Source: Podarcis muralis | Taxonomy: Eukaryota | DNA: 64,000 nucleotides | Reading direction: 5' to 3' | NCBI RefSeq assembly: GCF_964188315.1 | Contig: NC_135667.1 | Span: 9,610,001-9,674,000 of the forward strand | In this document: one piece after another, positions 10,719 through 22,213 of the stretch | Position numbering within the stretch: position 1 is the first letter of the stretch | How the letters are laid out: each line of letters begins with the position of its first letter | Program-made: the position numbers and the translations under genes | The notes under the pieces: generated by a model | Seen by the model: only the letters and a program-made list of their open reading frames with translations | What the model was told of the DNA's origin: nothing | Database searches by the model: none

Positions 10719-11748
10719 AAAGAGGCAGGAGAAGGAGGTATGGAAACCTTTGATTCTACACAAGCCTGACCAATCTCTCGCTCCTCCTTCACCTGTTCTT
10801 CACTCTCCAATCCTGCCGCTTCTCCTGTCTCTGACTCACATCTCCTGGCCATTGCAGGCTCTGTTGGATCACTGACCCTTCTTCCAAATCAGTCTCCAAC
10901 CCCAGTTCTCCTGGTGCTCACTCATCAGTATCCAACTGTCAGGGGCTCAGGAGCAGAGGCGCAGGGGAGAGAGGAAATGGAGAGCGAAGGGGAAGAATCT
11001 GAGGGCAGCGGAGGGCAGAATGACAGTGACCCGAGAGATTCCATAAGCCTCTCCAGTGAATCAGAAGATTCCCAGAAGGGGGCGCCGATGGCCAGGGCAA
11101 GGGGGGTCCCAGGGGGGACACACCAGAAGCAGGGGGCCAGCGGAGACTCCCAAAGCAGTAGCTGGAAATCAGGACCAGCTTCCCCACCAGAGCGTAGTGG
11201 GGGGGAAGAGCCCCATAGGTCAGAGTCAGCGTCTCCTCCGGCAAACAGGGAGGAGTCAGACCCAGCTAGCATCCCCGAAGAGGGAAGCAGCGACAGGAGC
11301 AGTATAAAGGTCAGAAGGAAGGTGGCAGGCTGGGCGCGCGCGCCAAGTTCAAATGTACAGGCGCGCGGGACAGCAGAAAGCCCGGATTGGGAACCAGGTC
11401 CTAAAGCTCGCCGGAGGGAGGGGGAAGACTCAGGGGACTCAGCGTCAGAAGAGTCTAGGAAGGGCAGGACCTCGGCGGACAAGCGGACCCAGAGGAGGAG
11501 GGAGCAGAGGAAGAGGTGGAGCAAGGCTAGGGTCTTAAACTGGTGTCTGGGGGGAGGAGAGTCAGACGGAACTTCGGCGGTCTAGGGTTTAAGACGTAGA
11601 GCTGCGCGCCGCGGCTGTAAAAGAGAAACTGAACTTCAATAAAGACTATTTTATATAACAACGGACTGGCGTTGGTCCTCTGTGAGCTGGGACCTGAGGC
11701 GGCTCTGACACCAACCACCACTCCTTGGTGTCCAGCCAGTCCCTGACA
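10719..11748 (-). mobile_element. Older truncated LTR-like sequence interrupted by the solo LTR
   Basis: Minus strand starts TGTCAGGGACTGG at 11748 and continues across the CCAAC TSD into 10936-10719. Confidence 0.5.
10937..11710 (+). mobile_element. Solo LTR (774 bp)
   Basis: TGTCAG...CTGACA inverted termini, 5-bp TSD CCAAC (10932-10936 and 11711-11715), AATAAA near 11638. Confidence 0.88.
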
Positions 11749-11823
11749 TGCTCTAACATTCTGACCAAGTATAATACCAATGGACACCAGACACCAAAGT
11801 TCTCAGGTTAACTCATAAAAGTA

Positions 11824-12186
11824 AAGGTAAAGGTACCTCTGCCCGTACGGGCCAGTCGTGACCGACTCTGGGGTTGCGTGCTCATCTCGCTTAAGAGGCC
11901 GGGAGCCAGCGCTGTCCGCAGACACTTCTGGGTCACGTGGCCAGCGTGACAAAGCTGCATCTGGCGAGCCTGCACCAGCGCAGCACACAGAAACGCCGTC
12001 TACCTTCCCGCTGTAAAGCGGTACCTATTTATCTACTTGCAGTTAGGGGTGCTTTCGAACTGCTAGGTGGGCAGGAGCTGGGACCGAATGACGGGAGCTC
12101 ACCCCGCCGCGGGGATTCGAGCCGCTGACCATACGATCGGCAAGTCCTAGGCGCTGAGGTTTTACCCACAGCGCCACCCGCGTCCC
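11824..12186 (-). mobile_element. Sauria SINE (Squam1), young copy
   Basis: Head GGGACGCGGGTGGCGCTGTGG, (ACCTTT)n tail, 16-bp TSD TTAACTCATAAAAGTA (11808-11823 and 12187-12202). Confidence 0.92.
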
Positions 12187-12263
12187 TTAACTCATAAAAG
12201 TACATACCCAGTAATGTCAAGAACCTGGGGGAAACTCTCTGATGTTCCGCATATTAATTTCTT

Positions 12264-14560
12264 TTTTTTTTTTATAATAAATTTTTATTAGTTTTCCATG
12301 AATAAAGAAGAGACAAAACAAAAACATAAGCATAAACAAACAAAAACACGACTTCCCCATACCACCCCTTTTCTGCATTCTTGTTTCAAGATTTTTCAGC
12401 AACCCTCTGAACATAACTTAAATATATTTCATGTATTTAACTTCAGTTAATTATTAATACAACTGTAGTTCTATATCTCTTGTAACTCTGAGCCCCTAAT
12501 TTTCCAAATTACAACAGTTTTTAAGATAAACTTTAAATTTGTTCCAATCTTCATCCACCGCCTCTTTCCCCCGGTCTCGAATTCTGCCAGTCATCTCTGC
12601 CAGTCCCATATAGTCGATCACCTTCGTCTGCCATTCTTCCAACGTGGGTAAATCTTGCGTCTTCCAATACTTTGCTAGGAGAATTCTTGCTGCTGTAGTG
12701 GCATACATAAAAAATGTCCTATCCTTCTTTGGCACCATTTGGCCCACCATACCCAAGAGAAAGGCCTCTGGTTTTTTAACAAACGTTCTCTTCAGAACTT
12801 TTTTTATTTCATTATAGATCATTTCCCAGAAAGCCTTAATCTTCGGGCAGGTCCACCAAAGGTGATAGAAGGTTCCCTCCGTTTCACTACACTTCCAACA
12901 CTTGTTGTTGGGCAAATGATAGATCTTTGCTAACTTAGCAGGAGTCATGTACCACCTGTAGATCATTTTCATAATGTTTTCTTTTAAGGCATTGCATGCC
13001 GTAAATTTAACACCAGTGGTCCATAACTGCTCCCAGTCAGCAAGTTCAATGTCATGCCCAATATCCTGTGCCCATTTAATCATATTAGATTTCACCATTT
13101 CATCTTGAGTATTCCATTTCAACAGCAAGTTGTACATTCTTGACAAATTTTTAGTATTGGGTTCTAACAGTTCTGTTTCTAATTTTGACTTCTCCACTTG
13201 GAAGCCTTTCTTTCTGTCCTGTTTGAATACTTCATTTATCTGTCGATAATGTAACCAATCTCTCACCTTAAACTTCAGTTTCTCAAAACTCTGCAATTTC
13301 ACATTTTCACCATCTTGTTCTATAATTTCACAATATTTAGGCCAATTAGAACCCATATTCAATTTTTTCACCTCTTTTGCTTCCATTGGTGACAACCACC
13401 TGGGGGTTCTACTTTCAAACAGGTCTTTATACTTAATCCAAACATTATACAGAGCTTTCCTCACCATATGGTTCTTAAAACCTTTATGCAATTTTACCTT
13501 GTCATACCATATATATGCATGCCAACCAATCATTGCCAGAGATTGAACCTCTTTTCTTTTGTGTTAGTTTAGCTTTAGATCTGGTTCTTATCTCCTCTGC
13601 CGTGCCACTCATATCCCAAGGCCGTTCTCACAGGAAAAACTTGCAATGGAAAATCCCACTATTAGTCAGTTACTTTGCAATTTTTCCCTCTTAGCCCTCA
13701 AGAGGGAGCAGTTAAAAGTTTCCAAGTTAGAAACAACAAAGAGACAGAAAACCGGATGTAGAAAATCTCAAGTCCGCCATTAAAGTTGTAAAACTTTTTC
13801 TCCAATTTAAATTTGGTTAGTCCAATGTCAGTAACAAAGTCCCATTCAAATCTTAAATGTCTTAAAATTTTTTCACCATTTAAGGTATAGTCTATATCCA
13901 CTTCAAAGTTATTTTAAAGAACAGTTTTCCCGGTGTTAAGTCCTGGCAGGTCGTCCCGGGGATCAGAGCAGTGAAAAACTTTGTTTCCCTTTAGATTAAA
14001 AGTATCTTCACAAGACTGTCTTTTTTCCCCCTTCTCCTGCCAATCTGGAGGGGAGAGATACTTTTGACAGCTCAGGTTTGACAGTTCGCAACTAAGTTTC
14101 TAATAACTGCAGCGAGGTCTTTCGTTGCTTTAAATTCCTGCAGTCCGGGGGGGGGCAGACTTCCTTATTTTTTGCCCTCCCGTTTTCAGCCAAATTTTTC
14201 TATTTTTAAAGGTTCCTGATTTTTTTCCCTTCTTACTCACGGGAATCCAGTCCAGATTTTCTTTTCAGGAAGGAATCGGTGCTCTCCGCTAATGGCGACG
14301 CGGCTTCACTCCGCAGGCTGGGTAGCGACTCTCAGCACCGCGCTCACTCCCGATGCCGCTCCGGAGCCTTTAAAAAGGCTCTTTCACAGTACCGGGGGGC
14401 GCAAAGGTGCCCACCGAGTCTCCTTGCTCTCAGGCTTCCGCGCCTGAGATTTTAGGGGTCCCCCACTCGCCGTAGCGGGTAAGACCCGAACTTGCGGAGC
14501 AGTCCTTCTCCGGAGCTCGGAGGTAGGACCGCCATTAAGCGCTGGCACCGACCGGAAGTC
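12264..14560 (-). mobile_element. L1-clade LINE with both ends but a large internal deletion
   Basis: CpG-rich 5' UTR starting GACTTCCGG, ORF1 remnants, open ORF2 C-terminal 345 aa (12496-13533; zinc-knuckle region CWKC...HLWWTC), polyA tail, 17-bp TSD (12247-12263 and 14561-14577). Confidence 0.88.
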
Positions 14561-14710
14561 CCGCATATTAATTTCTTCTGTATACATTTGACAAAAGGTA
14601 GCTGGGAATAAATAAGCATCAATTTTATAAAATTATTTCTCTGTTTGTGAACAGTTCATTAATGCCTCCTGGGGCTGAAAGAAAAAGCCTTTGAAGACTT
14701 CTATAGTTTC

Positions 14711-14738
14711 TCCCATGCGAATTAAGAACACTAATTAA
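14711..14738. promoter_or_regulatory. Candidate OR promoter/enhancer block (TAATTA homeodomain-type sites plus O/E-like site)
   Basis: TCCCATGCGAATTAAGAACACTAATTAA, conserved at 20675-20703 upstream of the paralogous OR. Confidence 0.4.
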
Positions 14739-15733
14739 GGTTTTAGAAGTTGTTGGGTTTATGTTGTTGTTGTTTTAAAAAAAGCAAAGTTAACTTAGGA
14801 AGTAGCAGGAATGGTTGACTCAGTATGAGGGAGCTTCCTAATTTCTCCTACATCCCCACCCCTTGCCCAAAACTCCTTCAACATTTCTAATTTATAGAAT
14901 TGTTTTTTATATGCATAGATCTCTTTTACAATTAAATTGCTTTGAGATGTTGCTTAGGAAGTGATTCGTGAATGAAACAAATAAAGCAAGCAAAACTATT
15001 TAGGCACTAAGTGGTATATAAACAAACCAATTATAAAACAACCCAATAATAAAAGAATCAATAGTAATGAGGTATTCTTTTTTCCTATCTCCTTGTTGCT
15101 TAGGAATTTAGGAGAGACTTAGTCCACTTCATCACACAACACTTAAATAATGGTTGGAATTTGCTACCACAGCATGGAGTGATAACTAATAGCATAGACG
15201 GCACCAAAAGTGGATTACACATATTCATGGATGCAATGACTATCAATGGCATTTAGTTATAATGACTTCATGGAGCTTAAGTTGTTTTTGCTGCTGCTGT
15301 TGTTTAGCTTACTTACTCATGGAAATAAATCAAATTGACTTACAAACATAATAAAAATACTAGAACCATTTTTCAATGGACACAATAAATAAATACATAA
15401 ATAAATACCCAGAACACAGGTGAAAGAGGCCACAAATGCTCACTGGAGAGAACATTCCACTAGTGGGGAGTCACTGCTGAAAAGGTCATTCTCATATTGC
15501 CACCTCTGGGCCTCCCATGGAGAGGGGAGATGAAGTAGGGCGTCAAATGACAATTGCAGGGTTTGTGTTGGTTTGTGTGAGGAAAGGTACAGGGATCATG
15601 AGGCATGGATGATGATATTTATATCTCACCCTTTCCCCTGACAGGACTCAAGGCACCTTATAGCTAAAACAAAAACCACTAGAAAAGCATAGAAAAACCA
15701 ACATTAAACATTACAATAAAAACAGCTCCCCCA

Positions 15734-15780
<47 letters not shown>

Positions 15781-16521
15781 AGCATTTCAAACCACACTAT
15801 GCAAGAATCTGGAATTCTTGAACCCATGGGAGCCAACTCCTAGGGGCTGAGGTTCTTTCACCTTCTCCCCAATAAAATACTTGAGGGGTCCCTCCCCAAC
15901 CAAGTTGATGGGCATTGCCATCTGCTGCATCTTGTGAACGATTATGTGGGGCAGAGTTTACCTCCCCCCCCCATATTTTATTCACATTGCCCCCCCCCTG
16001 CATGAACCTGTTTATGTGGTAATTTGAACAGTAGATCTTTAATAGATGGGAAAATATAAAAATACAATCAACCCCTCATAATAATTGTAATTTATTTATG
16101 TATTAAAACAGTATTATTATTTTATACTAGAGTGTATTGTGGTTAAAGATCAGACAACATATGTTTGTGTGTTTGTTTGTTTGTTTGTTTGTGTGTGTGT
16201 GTGTTCTTTATAGTTAAAATTCTTTTGGCTTATTCTGAGGAGAAAATAAGGAGCTCAGAAACAACCAGAGAAATAGTTATACAAAGGGATTGAGTTGGTG
16301 GGGGGGAGAAGAGGGGAGGGTCATCCTGCAAGGCTTAAGGTTATAGTCTGCATTTGGTATCTATGTGTTTGTATTTTTGTACCCTGCATTTGTACTTTAT
16401 TATGAAAGTAAATAAAAATAATTAAACAACAACTGAAGCACTTTGAATTGATTCTCAAAACTAATTGTTAAACAGTTTCATCAGAACTGGAGTTACATAC
16501 TCAGATCTTCTTTCCCTGGTG

Positions 16522-16771
16522 AGAAGAAGAAGAAGAGTTTGGATTTGATATCCCGCCTTTCACTCCCCTTCAGGAGTCTCAAAGCGGCTAACATTCTCCT
16601 TTCCCTTCCTCCCCCACAACAAACACTCTGTGAGGTGAGTGGGGCTGAGAGACTTCAGAGAAGTGTGACTAACCCAAGGTCACCCAGCAGCTGCATGTGG
16701 AGGAGCGGAGACGCGAACCCAGTTCCCCAGATTACGAGACTACCGCTCTTAACCACTACACCACACTGGCT
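16522..16771 (-). mobile_element. Squam3-type SINE
   Basis: Near-identical to 4349-4643. Confidence 0.8.
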
Positions 16772-18468
16772 GAATTGCCCACTGAATTCTGCAATAGCTG
16801 TGCCTTTTGAACTATATTGAAAGTCAGCCCAATGACAGTAATTTAATGTAGAGGCTACCAGAGCATAGACAATTGAAGGTAGCCTCTCTGTAAGTATTAG
16901 AAGGCTACTTGTTTTCATGTCTTAGATGGTGTGCTTCCCAAAAGCACCTGGTTGGACACTGTGGGCTACAAGATGCTGAACTTAATGGAACTGTGCTGTG
17001 GTCCAAACCAGTCTTTTCCTATACTTTAAATAATGATTTTTGGAAGCAGGATTGCAAAAGACCTTTATCTTGTCAGAGTCAACAATAGTTGTCTATGTGG
17101 GTCAATGAATGATAATATAGATTCATATGAAAGGCCCCAGGTGTCAAAATATATTTAAAGCATATGACAAAATGTATTAAGACAGAAATCAAGGCAGAAA
17201 TCCTAAAAAGAAAAATACTAAGATCTAAATGCTATAGAAGTGGTTCAGGAGAAAGACAAAGTACACTAGAACCAGCATTATAAATATTAGGTTTTAAGTA
17301 TGATGTTCTTCCTTGAGTAACATCAGCTTATTTCTGGAGAGAGACGTTCTAAGGCAGCTGCTTCCTGTAGTAAAATTAATTTATTTCTCTAGTCCTTCTC
17401 TTAATTATGATTTCTGTTAGCAGCTCATTTTGTACACTTGCTTTTATTGTGGAACGTGCACACATTGTCAGAGTTTAACTCCAGAACCAACAGCATCAAT
17501 AGCAGCAGAAAAATAAAATTGGATCAATCTCAGTGACTGAGAGTCTTCTAGGGTAATAACATTTGATACTAATGAAAGTATTCAGAAGACCTTACAGGAT
17601 TTAAATGAGACAGCTTTCTCATTAAGCTATGAATCTCCTTTCTGGAAACTATACCAATCAAAAGTCTGAACTGATCTTGAACAACAATATTATAAGTCAT
17701 TAAATTGTCAGAAATAAACTAAATAAAACAAATAATCACTTGTACATAGAACACAGTGAAATAATAGCAAGCGACATAAGAGTCCATTCCTCTTCTTTCT
17801 TCATGAAAAATAGAGAGAAGGACGAACAAGCAGCAGTATCTACTTTGAGTTGATGTGTATATTTTTAAGAATGGAAGAGCCAGATGGAATCATGTAACAG
17901 AGCTCTTTGAATTCCACCCCATAGCTCCTGGAAACAAATGATAAACAACTATATTTGCAACTTCAGAAAGAAGGATAGTATGGGTGGTATTCAACTGACT
18001 ACTACTCAAAGTAGACCCATTGACATTAATGGACATGACTGCTAGGTCCATCAATTTAAATGTGCCTACACTGAGCAAATGTTATTTGCACTATCAGGGA
18101 GAACCTGAATTATCATATTTTTTGCTCTATAAGACTCACTTTTTCCCTCCTAAAAAGTAAGGGGAAATATGTGTGCATCTTATGGAGCGAATGCAGGCTG
18201 CACAGCTATCACAGAAGCCAGAACAGCAAGAGGGATTGCTGCTTTCACTGTGCAGCGATCCCTCTTGCTGTTCTGGCTTCTGAGATTCAGAATATTTTCT
18301 TTCTTGTTTTCCTCCTCCAAAAACTAGGTGCGTCTTGTGGTCTAGTGCGTCTTATAGAACGAAAAATAAGGTATATCTACCAAATGAGCACCCTGAGTAT
18401 TACCACATTTTCCCTTCTGTTTTTTTTTAAAAAAGTTCTAAGAAATAGCTGACAATATACCCCTGATC

Positions 18469-19503
18469 TCAGTGACACTCCAAAGTCTTCTGATTATGCT
18501 CATTAAAGAATTTGCTGAATGTGCTTTGCAAGGAACACTGCTTGAGCAATCTCATGACCACAGAGGAAGGCAGCTGGCAAATTCTGCCCATTGCTTTTTT
18601 TGCAGCAGTTTTGAAGTCATTGTTTCGTATTGTGAAGATGAAGGGGCTTAGGGTTGGCAAAACAACACAGATCACCATGAATATGACTTTGTTGATTCGG
18701 GTGTCACCTTGGGTCGAAGGTCTCAGGTACATGAAAAACGTTGCCCCATAGAAGATGCCCACAATAGTGAGATGAGAGGAACAAGTGGAAAATGCCTTGG
18801 ACCTCCCGGTGACAGATGGAATCTGAACAATGGTCTTTAGAATGCATGCATAAGAGCCCACTGAGAAGAAAAATGAGCCACACAAAATAACGACACTATA
18901 AAACAAACTCACAAGCTCCCACATAGTTGTGTCAGCACAAGCCAATTTCAAAACAGGTCCAATATCGCAAAAGAAGTGATCGATGACATTACCACAGAAT
19001 GGGTAAGAGGTCCACACAACTATGAGTTGAAAAAATATAACTGTAAACCCTACAACCCAAGCCATCAATGATAGGTGGAAGGAGAGTGTATTAGTCATCT
19101 TGATATTGTACTTAAAAGGTTGGCAGATGGCTGTGTAGCGGTCAAAGGACATGACGGTGAGGTTAATGAACTGAATGGCTCCCATCGAGAAGACCATAAA
19201 AGTCTGAGTCATGCAACACATGTAGCAAATGGTGTTTTGGTCCAAGACCATGTTGGTTAGCATCTTCGGAATCACAGTTGTGCTACTGCAGAGCTCAGCC
19301 AAGGAAAAATTGCTGAGGAAGAAATACATGGGTGTATGGAGCTTGTGCTCTATGAAGACCACGGTAATGATGAGGCAGTTGCCTGAAATGGAGAGAAGGT
19401 ACATCAGAAGGACAATCCCAACAAAGGGCATCCTCATGCTATGGAGTTCAGGGAATCCCAGAAGAATGAATTCAGTGATTGATGTAATATTTCCTTCTTC
19501 CAT
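18469..19503 (-). CDS. Olfactory receptor, family 6 (OR6X1-like), intact, 344 aa
   Basis: Uninterrupted ORF with [26 protein letters not shown] and KAFSTCSSHL; TM7 variant PTLSPFIFTIRN; extended C-tail. Confidence 0.93.
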   Translation of the reverse strand: MEEGNITSITEFILLGFPELHSMRMPFVGIVLLMYLLSISGNCLIITVVFIEHKLHTPMYFFLSNFSLAELCSSTTVIPKMLTNMVLDQNTICYMCCMTQTFMVFSMGAIQFINLTVMSFDRYTAICQPFKYNIKMTNTLSFHLSLMAWVVGFTVIFFQLIVVWTSYPFCGNVIDHFFCDIGPVLKLACADTTMWELVSLFYSVVILCGSFFFSVGSYACILKTIVQIPSVTGRSKAFSTCSSHLTIVGIFYGATFFMYLRPSTQGDTRINKVIFMVICVVLPTLSPFIFTIRNNDFKTAAKKAMGRICQLPSSVVMRLLKQCSLQSTFSKFFNEHNQKTLECH

Positions 19504-19714
19504 TTCCTTCCTTCCTGCCTGCCTTCCTTTAAAAGAACAATAAATTTAATAAAAACTGCTCATTACCACACCAGCAAACATATCTATAACAATATGCTTT
19601 GGTTAACCCATGGCTGAATATATAAATAGGTGCTACGTTCAGTTACGCTGTATGAATATTGTTCCTTTTTTGCAATAAAAGCAATTAGGTAACAGCTCAG
19701 AATGAATAGGAGCA

Positions 19715-19990
19715 GTTTATTGTTTAGTTTTTATTTAACTTTATTGAATTGCAGCAACAAAAACCAAACAATATCACAAGAAAAAAGAAAAATAACAAAT
19801 TACACAAAATAAAAAAATAAAAAGCACACACCAAAAAATACGGACTTCCCTCCACCCATGTTTGACCTCCTTCCCTTAATCTTCTTTTATTCGTTGTGTT
19901 ATTAGCATTATTTTGTTTTTGTTCCACTTCCATCCATTTCCTCAATATTTCTACCCTGTAAAATTTATTCATTGCATATTGATATATTTA
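19715..19990 (-). mobile_element. L1 3' UTR fragment
   Basis: Resembles the 3' ends of the other L1 copies (A-rich tail, GGAAGTC...GGG motif). Confidence 0.5.
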
Positions 19991-20674
19991 TCCCAGAAAA
20001 ATGTTTTTTCCCCATGTACTTGAATAGGAGCAGTTTAAATGAAACTCAGTTGGGACTGTGTCTTCTGCTACATTGGGGGGACACCCTCCCCCCCATTAGG
20101 AAAAATGCGGCAGTGCCCTACCAACCTCAGTCTGCCCTCTGCAATCCCCCCCCCCCATGCTGTCTTACTTACATCCAGTCCAGAGGGTGGCACTACTTGT
20201 CAAATTTCTCCTCATTTGTCTCAGAGTCACTTTTATAAAAACTCAGCACAGAGCAGGATGAGGACAAAACTAGAATTAGTTAGATGTGGCACCACCTAGT
20301 GTTGGTCTTCCTGTCTTATGTCCTATGGAATCCAGTGAGCACTGTTTCCCCATTAACTTGTAAAGGTAAATTCAAGAACAAGGGGGACAGCATCATGTTC
20401 CACATATTCTTTTCTTCTGCAAGCATTTGCCCAAATCTAGATAATACACGCACATGTACGCACGCACGCACGCGCACACACACACACCACACAAATACAT
20501 TGACGTGAATATTAAAAGAAGAAGAAGCATAATGACAAATGAGTGTGTCACTGTAATAGCCCTAATGTAAAACATCATTCTTATGAATTCTCCTGCTCCC
20601 ATCTCCACTTGTGAACTTTTCATCAAGGCCACATGGGATTGCAAGAAAAAAGTCATCCAAGATTTTAATAGTTT

Positions 20675-20703
20675 TCCCCGTGCTAATTAAGAACACTAAT
20701 TAA
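20675..20703. promoter_or_regulatory. Candidate OR promoter/enhancer block (paralog of 14711-14738)
   Basis: TCCCCGTGCTAATTAAGAACACTAATTAA with two TAATTA sites. Confidence 0.4.
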
Positions 20704-21433
20704 AGAGTCAGAAAGTTGTTAAAAAAGAAACAAGGGCAACTCATCAAACAGCAAGAATGCTTTGTTGTGTTTTTATGCATAAGATGAAAATGAAGCAGAG
20801 ATTATATGTTCAAGGATTGCTGGTTGTCCCCTGAGATGGTGAGCCTCAGTTGACATCAACATGAGACCAAGTCCTTAGTGTCATTGGCCCAGTCCTGTGG
20901 AATGTTCTTGCAGTAGAGCTTCAGCAAGCAACTTCTATTTTAATTGTTAGAAACATTTTTATTTTATTTTATTATTTTATTTTATTTTATTTTGCTGTCA
21001 GGTTTACACAAATAATTTAGAAATACTAGCATTAGAAATTATTCACTCCACTTTTACAAAGCATTGTCAATCATAAACCCACACATCAATTTTATGTTGG
21101 ATTGCAGTGAAATCATCAAAAGTGACAGAAGAGCTAGTTCCTCTTCTGTCCTCATGAAAAAAAGGAAAGATTAACAGACAGCAGTTTCAGCTTTGCCATT
21201 AGCTTTTTGTATATGTATTTAATAAAATAACATAAGCTTAATCAGACCAAGAAAGCATCCCTGGTTACAAAAATGCTAATTAAGAGACTACCTGAGGTTG
21301 TAGAAAAGTTTTTTTAAGTACTACAAAATTTATCTGAGATTGCCCACGCCAATTAATAATGCTAATTAATCTTTCAGAATGTCCCCCAAACACTGAGAAC
21401 AGTCAACTCCTTACAGAAGAGGCAACCCAGCCA

Positions 21434-21815
21434 GGTAAAAGATAAAGGACCCCTGAAGGTTAAGTCCAGTCAAAGGTGACTATGGGGTTGCGGTCCTCAG
21501 CTCACTTTTCAGGCTGAAGAAGCCAGCATTTGTCCACAGACAGCTTTCCAGGTCATGTGGACAGACTGACTAAACTGCTTCTGATGCAATGGGACACCAT
21601 GACGGAAACCAGAGCACATGGAAGTACCGTTTACCTTCCTGCCTCAGTGGTACTTATTTATTTACTTGCACTGGCATGCTTTCGAACTGCGAGGTTGGCA
21701 CAAGCTGGGACTGAGCAACAGGAGCTCACTCCGTTGCGTGGATTCAAACCATCAACCTTCTGATTGGCAAGCCCAAGAGGCTCAGTGGTTTAGACCACAG
21801 CACCACCCATGTCCC
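21434..21815 (-). mobile_element. Sauria SINE, older diverged copy
   Basis: Same layout as 11824-12186 with many substitutions; boundaries approximate. Confidence 0.75.
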
Positions 21816-22185
21816 CAAGCCAGGAGAATACACTGAGGAAAGGGAGGTGTGATACCAGATTTGCCCATCCATGCAATGAACTCAAGACGCAAAGATTTGG
21901 ATTGGGCTCCTTCTTCTGTTCAATAGTTTGCTAAAGGCCAGCAGTCTGACAGGTGCAGACCAAAACACAAAACAGAAACAGAAAAGTGTCTGTTCTGCTG
22001 GGTGGATCAAGTGATTACCCACATAAACATAAGGGCAGCATTGTGAGTTTTTGATTGCATGAATCTGGGTTTTTGCACAGGTCCAGGATCCTTTTCGAAT
22101 CCATGTGCACCCACCGGATCAGTGGTGTGAGATTCTAGCCCTAGCACCTGACCAGCAGATGGGGTGATGGCACATAGCAATTTCT

Positions 22186-22213
22186 GGTTTCTGAATGATT
22201 CAATTTCACTGTG
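22186..22213 (-). other. RSS of VH-B with a 12-bp spacer
   Basis: CACAGTG (22213-22207), spacer AAATTGAATCAT (12 nt), nonamer TCAGAAACC (22194-22186). The 23-spacer position reads AAATTGCTA, which is non-consensus. Confidence 0.8.
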
